Below, piece after piece: positions 12,617-25,001 of a DNA stretch of 64,000 nucleotides; the first letter of the stretch is position 1, and every line of letters begins with the position of its first letter. The DNA comes from Azolla caroliniana. Its lineage: Eukaryota > Plantae > Polypodiophyta. The notes below the pieces were generated by a model. That model was not told the origin of the DNA, made no database searches, and worked only from the letters and a program-made list of their open reading frames with translations. A program made the position numbers and the translations under genes. The DNA lies in the NCBI GenBank assembly GCA_043228905.1, contig JBHGNT010000010.1, positions 9,300,001 to 9,364,000 on the forward strand. Direction: 5' to 3'.

Positions 12617-12920
12617 ATCTTTCGCGGCACTAAACCTCTCTCGATTCTTTATAGATTCAAATGCATCCTTCTCGATATCCCACCGATGCATCACAAATGG
12701 GACTAGTAGGCACGTTGCTTAGTGGCACAACTTTGGCATGGTTCGCTCCTTTGTTAGAAAAAGGATCTCCATTGTCAAATAATTTTGAGGAATTTAAAGA
12801 CTATTTCAGAGACACTGATAGCATTAGGATAACAATAAATAAAATCCGAAGAATGCGTCAGGGTGATCGTCCAGCCTCAGCTTACACTGCGGATTTATGT
12901 CTACTCGTCACTGATATTCC

Positions 12921-15900
12921 TATCGAGAATCGTGACCGGCCACAACCGGCTTATCATTTGGATATTCGGGTGCAGGGCATGTAAAGTAGAATGCACTCAG
13001 ACAGAGTACGAAAACAGAAATAGCACAAGAGACAGAAACACACAATCTTAACGTGGAAACCCGAAATGGGAAAAACCACGGGGGTCCACAAATTCCGAGA
13101 AACAGAATCACTATGCTAAAAGGAGGAGTACAACTAGAAGCTCCGAGGCAACGACCTCACAATTCTACTTCGTCAATAGATGGCTACACAGTTACACACA
13201 CTCTCCCTCTCACTCACTTATTGTTACGCAGTTACAGAGGCAACTACCTTTTAAGTAACTTTTAACAATAACTCATCGTAATCATCATGATTGCCCTAAG
13301 TACTTATACTAGTACACCTTTTGGGTTATTTACATGTGTAGCCCATAAGGGCATATTTAGACTATTTACAAGAATAATCTTCCGAGTTGGCTGTCTACAC
13401 GATTTCGGTTTCGGCCTCGACCGAGTTTCTCATCAACTCGGCTCTTCTCTTCCCATCTAGAGGGACCCGTTTCCTAACAAACTCCCCCTTCACTCTGGCA
13501 TGGGGTACTGCACCAATCCGATCTTTTGTCGGCACACGCTTAACTTTTCAGCTAGTAACACTTTAGTCAACATAGTTGACCCATTTTTGGTTATGTGGAC
13601 CTTCACTAGAAAGAACTCCCTGTCTTCTACCCTCTCCCGGAGCCAATGATACCTCCGTTGCATGTGCTTTGTCCTCGAGTGGTAGGCGGCATTTTTTACA
13701 AGGTGGATGGCACTGTGATTATCGCAATAGAGTCGGAATTCTTCTTGCCGAATTCCCAGCTCATTGATAAACTCCTTCATCCATATGATTTCCTTGACGG
13801 CTTCCGCTGTGGCCATGTAAGTACTCGGCTTCCGTGGTCGACAATGCAATGGCCTTCTGCAACCTTGATTTCCACGAGATAGCTCCCCCTGCATACGTTA
13901 TTACATATCCGGACGTGGATCGGCTAGTATCTGCATCAACTGACATGTCTGAATCCGTGTAGCCTTCCAATGTGGGGTTTCCTAAGCCGAAACGAAGACA
14001 CACGCTCGAGGTGCCTCTCAGGTACCGAAATATCCATTCCACGGTATCCCAATGCTCTTTCCTGGGATTGCTCATATATCGGCTGACCACTCTGACGACA
14101 TATCCAATGTCTGGCCTGGTACACACCATTGCGTACATCAGGCTTCCAACCGCCGAGACATAGGGGACTTTTGACATCTCGGCCTTTTCGGTTTTCAATT
14201 TCGGACATTGATCTTTACTTAACTTAAAGTTCATCGGCAGTGTCGAGCCGACTAGTTTTGTGCCTTCCATGCCGAATCTCTGGAGCACCTTTGTCACATA
14301 TTTCTCCTGTGACAGCCATATCAATTTCTTTGTTTTGTCCCGAACAATGTGCATACCCAGGATTTGCTTTGCCGGATCCATATCCTTCATCGAGAATGAC
14401 CCGTTCAAGGCCTTCTTTAGTGCTCGGATCTTCATATGGTCCCGTCCGACAATTAGCATGTTGTCCACGTACAACAGAAGGATGAGGAAATCTCCTCCAT
14501 CAAATTTCTTTACAAATACGCAATGATTGGCTTGTGTTTTGTGGTACCCGTTTTCGGTCATGAAGGATTCGAAATATTGGTACCATTGCCGTGGATCCTG
14601 CTTCAACCCGTACCGGCTCTTCCTCAATCGGCATACCAAGTTTTCTTTACATTTCATTACGAATCCTCCCGACTGATGTATATATATCTCCTCTTCTAGA
14701 TCTCCATGCAGAAATGCCGTCTTGACATCCAATTGTTCGACTTCGAGATCCATGCTGGCCGCAATGTTTAGCACGGTTCAGATGGATGTCATTCTCACTA
14801 CCGGGCAAATATTTTGTCGAAATCCATGCCCTTCTTCTGTTGAAACCCTTTTATGACAATTCGTGCTTTGTATCTGGGTAGATTTCGGCCATCTCATGGT
14901 TTCAACTTGTATACCCACTTATTTCGGAGTGCATTCTTCCCCTTCGGCAACTCGGTCAGTTCGTATGTGTGGTTCTCATGCAAGGAATCCATCTCCTCTT
15001 GCATGGCATGTAACCACTCTCGGCTGTGGGAATCTTTCTTAGCTTCATCGTAGGTTTCCGGCTCCCCCTCATTGGTTAGCAGCACGCGTTCTTCATCTGG
15101 AAATCTTCGGGGGGGCTCTTTGCTCTCTAAGCGGGTATCTTCGACCTGCGTTCGGTACGGTTAGTTTGTCTTCAACCTCTTTGTCCGAGTTGATTTCGGT
15201 TCCTCGTTCGGCCAACTCCCCTTGATCATCAATCGTTTCTTGATTTTGGTGAGTATTAGATCGATCGACTGGTACAGGATTGATTTCGATTGAACCGTCA
15301 TCTACACGATCCAGTTGAGCATCGACTCGGCTCGATTCAATGGTTGGAGACTTTTTCTTGTTCTCCCAATCAATCATTGTCTTCTCTTCCATGACCTTCT
15401 TATCGGCCAAGTCCCATAGCCGATAGCTGAACTCATCGTCGCCGTAACCGAGAAATATGCACGACCGAGATTTCGGGTCTAATTTCCCCCTCTGGTCCTT
15501 TGCCACATGCACAAAAGCAAGACACCCGAACACCCTCAAATGTCGGTATGACACGTCTTTGCCGCTCCACATCCATTGTGGAATATCACCGTCCAAGGGT
15601 ACTGAGGGTGGTCGGTTTATCACATATGCTGTTGTCATTAGCGCCTCAGCCCAGAACGTTTTCGGTAATTTCGCATGTGCAAGCATGCTTCAGACTCTCT
15701 CCATTATGGTCCGATTCATTCCTCGGCTAGCCCATTCAGCTCTGGCATTTTTGGCATAGTATACTCAAGCTGGATTCCTTCTTTTCGGCAATATTCTTCG
15801 AATGGTCCGCAGTACTCTCCGCCATTGTCCGCTCGGATTGTCTTCAACTTACGACCGGTTTCTCTCTCAGCCCTCGCTTGGAACTCTTTGAAGACGGATA

Positions 15901-17171
15901 ACACTTGATCCTTCATCTTCAACATGGAAGCCCACAACTTCTGGCCTCGTCCTCGATTTGTCCCTATTTTTGGGACTCCGATACCGGCCTCTTCCTCGGT
16001 TGTGGTCATCTTCCGTAACCAAGGACTTCGGATCGGTTCTGGACTCCCGGTCCTTTCGGCGAGCTTCTTCATCTAGCAAGCTTGATTTGACTCTTGCTAG
16101 GGACAATTGTTTTCCTTCCGGCCCGACATTGCCTAACCTGACAACTAGCATCTCCCAACTATCTAGGAGGGAATCGAGCAGGAGTAATGCGAGTACCTCA
16201 TCAGCGAGAGGTACTTCCAACGAGGTTTCTTGGTTTATCAGTCCCTAGAAGACATTCATGTGCTCCGCCATACTAGAGCCATCTTGGTACTGGAGCTTCA
16301 CTAGCTTCCGGAATACCAAAACCTAATTAACAACATTCTTGTTCTGGAACATGATGCCGATCTTCTCCCAGAGTTCATGAGCCTTACTTTCTTCATTGAA
16401 ATTGTTGTACAGGATCATGTCGATGAAGCACTGGATGAATGCCGTCTTCTTCATGTGCATTCCCTCCCACATTGTGGCGTCGATCTTATCTGGTCTCTTG
16501 TCCCCGAACTGAACCGGCAACCAAAGATTTTTAACCACCAACATATCCCTCATCTTTGACTTCCACATTTAGTAGTTGGAGCCGGTGAGCTTGAACATGC
16601 CACCGAACGATTCTTCCATTTCCTGTGTTGTTCGCTCTAATACCACTTTGTCGAGAATCGTGACCGGCCACAACCGGCTTATCGTTCGGATGTTCGAGTG
16701 CAGGGAACGTAAAGTAGAATGCACTCAAACAGAGTACGAAAACAGAAATAACACAAGAGACAGAAACACACGATCTTAATGTGGAAACCCGAAATGGGAA
16801 GAACCACGGGGGTCCACAAACTCCGAGAAACAAAATCACTATGCTAAAAGGAGGAGTACAACTAGAAGCTCCTAGGCAACGACCTCAAGATTCTACTTCG
16901 TCAACAGACGGCTACACAGTTACACACTCTCTCCCTCTCACTCACTTACTGTTACACAGTTATAGAGGCAACGACCTTCGAAGTAAATTTTAACAATAAC
17001 TCATCGTAATCATCATGATTGCCCTAAGTACTTATACTAGTACACCGTTTGGGTTATTTACAAGTGTAGCCCATAATGGCATATTTAGACTATTTACAAG
17101 TATAGTCTTCCGAGTTGCTTGTCTACACGGTTTCGGCCTCGACCCTCTTCTCTTCCCATCCGGAGGGACCC
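12921..17171 (-). mobile_element. C3: degenerate Tnt1-like copia with internal deletion
   Basis: 3' LTR 12921-13479; 5' LTR 16649-17171 lacking its outer ~11 bp; PBS-like TGGTATTAGAGC; gag fused directly to integrase core near 15941, so knuckle, protease and pre-INT are missing; RT and RH ORFs 13761-14774, 13490-13894. Confidence 0.9.
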
Positions 17172-17734
17172 TGTTACCCCGTACGAGCTGTACGGAGAGT
17201 CAAGTGTGATGAGCGAGGGTCGAATATTATCATGATGATGTTGTATATGTGTAGGGAACATAAATGTAATTGTGAGTCGATATGTATGTGAACACATGCA
17301 CACGTGTGTGCATGTGGAGGGATACGATGAGGTGTGAGTGAGTGTCCAATATGAATGCTCTAGGGGGCTTACACCCCTTTGTATCTACCCCCTCTTGTAT
17401 TATTTAACCCCTTTATGGGGAATGAATGAATGAATGAACATTTCTCTCTATCTCTCTTTTCATCTCTCTCTCTCTCTCTCTCTCCCCCTCAACGTTGAAC
17501 CCCCTTGGGGGGGGAGTGGAGCCATTCTAGGCACCACCCCCCACCCCGCAATGCTCATCAATGTCATCCTTACCCCGCGATGCTTCTCAATAATTCTCAA
17601 CATCTTCATGTCAATCTCTATCACCATCATACTCTTCATCATCTTTGCTATTTCACCATGTCTATCTTCGTCATCATCAATCATCATCATTATCATTCTC
17701 ATTAACCCTAACCCTAAAAACCTACAACACCTTT

Positions 17735-17744
17735 TGGCGACCAC
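17735..17744 (+). promoter_or_regulatory. E4 5' primer-binding site TGGCGACCAC (tRNA-Arg-like)
   Basis: 5 nt after the left LTR; starts TGG; resembles the complement of a plant tRNA-Arg 3' end (recalled, not searched). Confidence 0.7.
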
Positions 17745-19996
17745 TAAGGCAACCCCCCTTTGGAAACAGAGTCGAAGAATGATACACGGCAATACAAACC
17801 AACAATGTACAAGAAATGTGCGAGAAATGATGAAAATGGTAGATTGATGATGTCTCTGAGCATTATCATCATTTTTGGTCTTTAGATAATCACTACTCCT
17901 GTAACCCTAACCCCATTTTCTATTCCTATTTTCCTAACGCTAACTCCTCTACCATTCCTTGCACTAGATACCCTAGCCCTAGTTTCTTCTACACCCATGG
18001 GCCTTATGAGTTTAGCCTAAACTCTTCGTGTACTAACCCTAAGTGCGTGCCTCTAGCCCTTATACTAACCCTGATACTAACACCTACATTAACCGCCACA
18101 ACGCATGTGAGCATGATTCATATCATGGTGGCACTCATAATAAGCATCGTTTGTTCATAAACCATGATCTCCAAGATGATGCATATGAAGGAATGTGCGG
18201 TTATTCTTCGTTGTAATCATAATCATTAGGGTCACCATTGCTAAAATAATCAACAACAAATAGATGGAGACGACAGCCGAAATGCACAGCCATGGAAAAC
18301 AAAGACGGCAAGTCAAGGACGACAGCAGTGGTTGGAATGGCTAGACGGGCTGGACAGAGAACTGACAAATGACGACCAGAATGACGACGATCGGATGGCG
18401 GTGGCCACATACCAACGGATAGAGTGGTTGCTGGCCAGTAGCGGCCCGGTCGGACAGAGACAAACATGACCGGATGGGCTGAATGGCCGGAATGATGATG
18501 AAGCCGGGACGATCACCGGATTGTGGTGGGCAGACAACCAATGGCCGGAGCGGTGGTCGAATAGCAACGGACGGAGTGGCGGCAACCGGATGCCCCTGAC
18601 AAAGACAGCGGCGTCGGCCTCACAATAGCCCAATAGTGGCACTGGCCGAACAACAACCAAAGCAACGATGGTCGGACAGTGGCCGAAGAGCGGGCAGAGT
18701 GGCCAAACAGAAGCCGGAGCGGCCGGAGTGACCGGAGAGCGGCAAGAGCGACTGGAATGGCAGAACATCGGTTAGAGTGGCCGAACAACATTGAAACGAA
18801 GGCGGCCGGATTGGACAAATGGACGACGCCGGACAACGACTAAGATGGAGACGGCTAGACATCGACCGGACCGTCGACCAGACCAAGTGGACGGACGAAC
18901 GGGCCGTACGATGGAGATCGCCGGACCGACGGTCGGACAACCGCGGAAGAGTAACCGGACGGGCCAGACGGACACAGAGATGGGAGATGAAAATGGTTGG
19001 AGATACGAGTGGATAGCGGATGGCCGGACAACAATCGACGGCCGGAGGGAATGGCCGGTGAGATGAAGTGGTGATAGCCGGACAAAGGGCGGCGATAGCC
19101 AAAAATCAGCGGCCGAAGCGGCTGAACAACGACCAAGGAAAGCAACGGCCAGATGATGGTCTCAATGCACAGGGGCGGCCAGATAGCAGCGGTGGCCTGA
19201 AACCCTAAATAGACAGCCAGAGTTGCCGAAACGATGGGCTGGATGGCAACGGAGCCGGAGACAGAGATGGAGTGGCAGGAGTAGCCGACACAATCAGAAT
19301 AGCCGGCCAGTGGCCGGAATGGTGAAACAACCACCACCTCAGGTAGAGACCTGACAGGAGGCTGACGGGATATGTAAAAACAGAAAAGAAAGAGAAAAAC
19401 AAGCGAAAGAAAAAGAGGAAGAGAAAGAGAGGAAACAGAAAAATAAAAAGAGAAAGATTGAGTAGAAAAATTAGGGTTTGCAAAGAGGAAAGAGTGTGAG
19501 AGAGGAAGATGAAACAGAAAAGAGGGAGGGAAAAAGATAACCATACGGAGCATCCTCGGATTTTGGAAACTGAGGACATCCAAGAAATTTCGAAAAACAA
19601 ACCTAAGGGCACTATTGGAATTCTAGATACATGAGGGTATCAAACATAATTGTAAAAACCTGAGGGTATATAAGAAAATTTTAAAAATCAAAGGGCACCT
19701 ATGAAATTTTGAAATCTCATCCACCTAAAGAAATGGACGTGATCGACCACGACAACTCACAAAATCAACAAAGAATAACATACATACACACAACATTTTT
19801 AAGGACCCGAAAGAGGATACCAAAGTTCGTAAGACGACAGAATGAGAATGTTCGTGTCGCGGAAAAGTCGCTGACCGATGGAGATGATCGAGTCAAGCGC
19901 TCCGATCGAGGGAGTCGATCGTTGAAAGGACCGATGGAAGTTCCGGTCGAAGAGATATCATCATCAAGGCATGTGGGATCGACGTGCAAGGCACTT

Positions 19997-20012
19997 TCCC
20001 ACGGGCGTGCCA
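19997..20012 (-). promoter_or_regulatory. E4 inverted PBS-like site TGGCACGCCCGTGGGA at the PPT position
   Basis: 5 nt before the right LTR; one base short of the Tat/Ogre-type tRNA-Arg PBS TGGCACGCCCAGTGGGA (recalled). Confidence 0.75.
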
Positions 20013-20305
20013 TATTGTGTTACCCCGTACGAGCTGTACGGAGAGTCAAGTGTGATGAGCGAGGGTCAAATATTATCATGATGATGTTGTATATGTGTAG
20101 GGAACATAAATGTAATTGTGAGTCGATATGTATGTGAACACATGCACACGTGTGTGCATGTGGAGGGATACGATGAGGTGTGAGTGAGTGTCCAATATGA
20201 ATGCTCTAGGGGGCTTACACCCCTTTGTATCTACCCCCTCTTGTATTATTTAACCCCTTTATGGGGAATGAATGAATGAATGAACATTTCTCTCTATCTC
20301 TCTTT

Positions 20306-20340
<35 letters not shown>

Positions 20341-20583
20341 CCTCAACGTTGAACCCCCTTGGGAGGGGGGTGGAGCCATTCTAGGCACCACCCCCCACCC
20401 CGCAATGCTCATCAATGTCATCCTTACCCCACGATGCTTCTCAATAATTCTCAACATCTTCATGTCAATCTCTCTCACCATCATACTCTTCATCATCTTT
20501 GCTATTTCACCATGTCTATCTTCGTCATCATCAATCATCATCATTATCATTCTCATTAACCCTAACCCTAAAAACCTACAACA

Positions 20584-21450
20584 GACCCTTGCATCGACAA
20601 GCTCGGGAAATTCGCATTCGACCTTGGTCTCACGATATCCACATTGTCGAGCTTGAGGGGGAGTACAACAAGCGACACGGAAGCAACCGATAAGCAACCA
20701 ACACGGACATAGTTGATCAGTTGATCGAAGCCGACCAGATGATTGGAAGTACGATGGCAGTAGTTGAGCCGAACAAGGAGCATGAAGCCGAAAAGTCGAA
20801 CGAGAGTTTGGATGAGTAGGATTACGAAAGACGAAATCTGAATCATTCGAATCGAAGTACTCCGAAGACCAAACCAAATTTTTTTTCGACAAATGGAAGT
20901 TGTATTCGAAGGGGCATGTTGAGAGTCGAACTCAACTTCCCATAGAGATAGGTTTCACACTAGCTCATGGACACACCATGCTAGTTTTGTAAATAGTGGA
21001 GAGGGCACTTGCCGTAGCCTAGTTGGTATTTAAACCAACCCTGTGTAACTTAGTGGTTGTTGGAAGTAATATACAACTTCTTGTTCGATCTCTCTGTGTC
21101 TTACATGCACACACACACACACACACACATAGTCATCTTCCACAGCACTAAATATCTCTCGATTCTTTATAGATTCAAATGCATCCTTCTCGATATCCCA
21201 CCGATGCATCACGAGTGGGACTAGTAGGCACGTTGCTTAGTGGCACAACGTTGGCATGGTTTGCTCCTTTGTTAGAAAAAGGATCTCTATTGTTAAATAA
21301 ATTTGAGGAATTTATTAGTGGCTTTAAAGTCTATTTCGGAGACACCGATAGCATTAGGACAACAATCAATAAAATCCGAAGATTGCGTCAAGGTGATCGT
21401 CCAACCTCAACTTACACTACGGATTTCTGTCTACTCGTCACCGATATTCC
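20584..21450 (+). repeat. Second copy of ~12013-12920 (C1 3' end, C1 3' LTR 20917-21171, TSD, G1 gag)
   Basis: Colinear homology, including the same mutated LTR end TTTATA followed by GATTC and the MHPSRYPTDAS gag segment. Confidence 0.92.
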
Positions 21451-23773
21451 TTGGGTTGACCTAGCATTGATGGAGTAGTTTTGATATGGCTTGCGAAATG
21501 ATGTCAAAGACTTACTCCTGCCTTTCCTCGAAGAACCAAAGTCACTCACAAAGGTAATTAGTCAAGCGGCACGTTGCGATAATAGGCTTTTCAAACGATG
21601 TTCAGAACGTTTGTTACAAATGCCAAGAACAAGGTCGGAGCCCACATATGCCTTAGTCGTAGCAAAACCATTTGCAAGGGAGTCATATAATGTGTCTCCA
21701 GCAAATACTCCAACACCAATGGAAATCGGCACCAGACGTTGTTGTGGATCATTATCAGAAGAGGTCAAGCAATGACGCTGAGCAAATCGACTATATCTTT
21801 ATTGGGGTGGACCGGGGCATATTGCAATGAACTGTCCGCATAGGCCAAGAAGACAAGTAAATCAAATAGTAGCTAAACCCAAGTCTGTTTCACTAGGAGT
21901 GCCTGATAGTCCTAATAGTACTAATAGCCCAAGCCTATCGAACAAATTTGAAGTCCTTAGTCAGTTAAAAGAAGAGTTAAATGACTAAGTCCAGCCAAAA
22001 TAGGAGTCGTTTGGTTGGACATCCCTAGATTTGTGCAATCCATTAGTAGTTCGATTCCCTCTAAGAAGTTAGCAATGTGTGCTTAGATGAAGTAACAATT
22101 AGTATTAAAAGTACCCCTCCAGTACTTCGATTCCGGAGCCAAATCTTGCTTCATGGATAGGAATTTTGCCCAAGCTCATCAAATATCCCTAATAAAGCTT
22201 CCTTGCCCAGCATCTGCAGTAGTCATTGATGGTCGCCCCATTGCTTCCGAAAATATCATAGAAGAGTCAAAGCCGATCAGTGTTGTAAATAATTTGGTGT
22301 GTGTAGTATCATTTACTATAATTAGTAGTCCAAAGCATCCAATTGTTTTGGGGTTACCATGGTTCGAATTACACAATCCAGAGATAGATTAGAGAACAAG
22401 AGAAATCAGGTATCGACAACCTTGAGGATCTACTCATAAGATTTCAACCATTTTGCTACATCAATTGTGTGAGGAAGGATGCGAGGAATCAATGTTTGTA
22501 TTTGCAGTATCATTGAAAGCTTCCAACCCCACTAAGGAGCAGTCAACAATTCAACTTCCAAAGAAGTAACATCATTACGTTGACATTTTTGATAAGGTAA
22601 AAGCTAGTACTCTTCCTCACCATCGACCATATGATTGTCCCATTGACTTACAACCAGGAAAAGAGCCACCATGGGGACTGATCTACAACTTGTCACCAAA
22701 CGAGCTTGAAGTTCTTCGAACCTAAATAGAGGAAAATCTGGCAAATGGGTTCATTCGACATTCGAAATCTCTAGCCAACGCACCTATTTTCTTTGTCAAG
22801 AAAAAAGATGGATCACTTCGTCTAATCGTGGATTACTGTGACTTGAATGCGGTCACCATCAGAAATAGGTATGCATTTCCCTTGATCTCGAGTCTTTTAG
22901 AGAGGATTAATGGCGCAAAGTTTTTCACAAAAATCGATTTACGAGGAGCATATAACCTCATACGGATTTGACTAGGAGACGAATGGAAGACAACTTTCCA
23001 CACCCAATATGGGCACTTCGAGTATACGGTTATGCCATACGGCTTCAGCAATGCGCCACCAGTCTTCCAACACGTGGCAAGTGATATATTCTGAGATATT
23101 TTGGACATCTATTTGATCATCTACTTGGATGATCTGCTAGTTTATTCAAAGACACAAGAGGAGTATGATTCTCATGTACTATTAGTACTAAGAAGACTAC
23201 AAGAACATGGTCTTTATGCAAAGCTGGAAAAGTGTAGTTTTGATTGTAACTAGGTGGAATTTCTAGGCTATGTCATCTCCTGGGAAGGCATCTCTATGGA
23301 TCTAGCTAAAGTCCAAATTGTGTTAGAGTAGTAGACTCCACATTCATTGCGATATGTGCAATGCTTTTTGGGATTCGCAAATTTCTATCGCAAGTTTATA
23401 CAGGACTACTCAAAGCTTATTTTGCCACTCGCACAACTTACAAAGAAGGGGCAATCATTTTTTTGGATAAAGGAAGCGGACACGGATTTTGAGGGTCTCA
23501 TGAAAGCATTTACATCGGCTCATGTTCTAGCTCATGTTGATCTGAAAAAAACATTTATAATTGAGGTAGACGCATCAACTTTCGCCCTCGGTAGTATTTT
23601 GTCACAACAAGGCGACGATAAGAAGCTACATCCCGTGGCTTTCCACTCGCAAATTTGACGTTGCCGAAATCAACTACGAGATACATGACAAGGAGCTATT
23701 AGCAATAGTGGACTCTTTTGTACAATGGAGGTATTTTTTAAAAGGATCTCCTCATCAAGTCATTGTTTTCAGT
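21177..23773 (+). pseudogene. G1 gag-PR-RT-RNase H remnant
   Basis: [81 protein letters not shown]; many stops. Confidence 0.9.
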
Positions 23774-24702
23774 GCCACCTGCAGATCCTTAAGTAGCCGC
23801 TTCAACCATATGGTTTCACATGTCACGACAACTGCTCCTCTATACTCGGCTTCGGGGGTGCTCGACAATGCAACTGTCGGCTGCTTCTTGCTACTCCACG
23901 CTATAACGACACTCCCAAGGGAGAACGCGAAACCGGATGTGGATCAGCGATCGTTGGCATTTCCGACCCAATCAGCATCGGTGTAACCGACCAATTGTGC
24001 AGCAGTATCGGCCCGATATAGTAGCCCCTGGTCCTTAGTGCCATTGACGTACTAGAGTACGCATTGTGCGCATTGAAGGTGCTCCTCGGTCGGGTAATCA
24101 CCCCGACCGGGTAGCTGAGATCTGGTCGGGTGATGGTCAAGTAAATAAGGCTTCCGACTATCTGTCGGAACCTCGTTGGGTTGCATACCTTTCCAGAATC
24201 GGGGCGAAGCTTGACGGTTCTATCCAGAGTCGAGACAGACTTACAGTCGGCCATCCCGAATTTGAAGAGCATATTCAACGCGTAATGATGTTGGTTGATC
24301 AATATGCCTTTGGGGGTACGGATCACTTCGATCCCGAGGAAGTAATGAAGGTCCCCCAGATCCTTCATGTCGAATGATGCCGCGAGCTGGAGCTTCACGC
24401 GGTCTATCTCACCTAGGTCCGCGTTGGTGATGACCAAGTCATCAACATAAAGTAAAATACTAACCGGCCCGAGTCGACCTTTCCGGATGATCAGGGAGGA
24501 GTCCGATTTTGACGTCACAAAGCCCATCCGACGCAATCATTGCGTGATCTTCGCGTTCCAGGCACGCAGGGCTTGCTTTAGTCTGTAAAGGGACTTCTTC
24601 AATCGGCACACCACCGAAGTGAAATCCGGGGGGTTGTACCATGTACACCTGTTCCTCAAGCTCACCTTGCAAGCACTGACCGCGAGCAAAACACGGACGA
24701 TC

Positions 24703-24968
24703 TGTCGCAATTCCGTGCTCGGCCACAACCGAGGAACAGGATCGATTCACAGTAAACGGGAAATACAACAATGCACGAAAACAATAGAGAGAAGGGTACA
24801 CTGAATGTTTTACGTGGAAAACCCTAAATGGGAAAAAACCACGGGAGTCCTCAAACTCCAACTATCACTATGAACAGGGATGTACACTGGTGAAGCTACA
24901 AGGCAACAACCTTGAGCTCACTGTCTTCGCCACAGGCGGCGGTAATACACAGAGGCAACGACCTCTTC

Positions 24969-25001
<33 letters not shown>

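Larger units (their letters stand above)
1994..12653 (+). mobile_element. C1: degenerate Ty1/copia element inserted in G1 gag
   Basis: LTRs 1994-2296 and 12347-12653; TSD GATTC (1989-1993, 12654-12658); PBS TGGTATCAGAGC at 2297; gag (WEYKMHQYLVGQGYWSYI), WFIDSRASNHM, INT, YVDD and RH with many stops. Confidence 0.92.
17172..20583 (+). mobile_element. E4: non-autonomous (LARD/TRIM-like) LTR element without PPT, with inverted tRNA-like sites
   Basis: Near-identical LTRs 17172-17729 and 20018-20583 (TGTTA...CAACA); TSD GACCC (17167-17171, 20584-20588); no gag/pol motifs inside. Strand inferred from TATTTAA followed by CT tract. Confidence 0.92.

Noticed and set aside
17434-17847. Hydrophobic ORF as an env or membrane protein (also 20276-20656)
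   Set aside because: Arises from (ATC)n and (CT)n repeats within the E4 LTR.
17702-18072. Interstitial telomere (AACCCT repeats)
   Set aside because: Only scattered one- to two-unit motifs belonging to E4.
18201-19612. Overlapping ORFs in the E4 interior as proteins
   Set aside because: Low-complexity GC-rich repeats open in several frames on both strands, with no domain motifs.
21179-21775. Domesticated PEG10/RTL1-like gag gene
   Set aside because: Has stops and lies within LTR-bounded G1.
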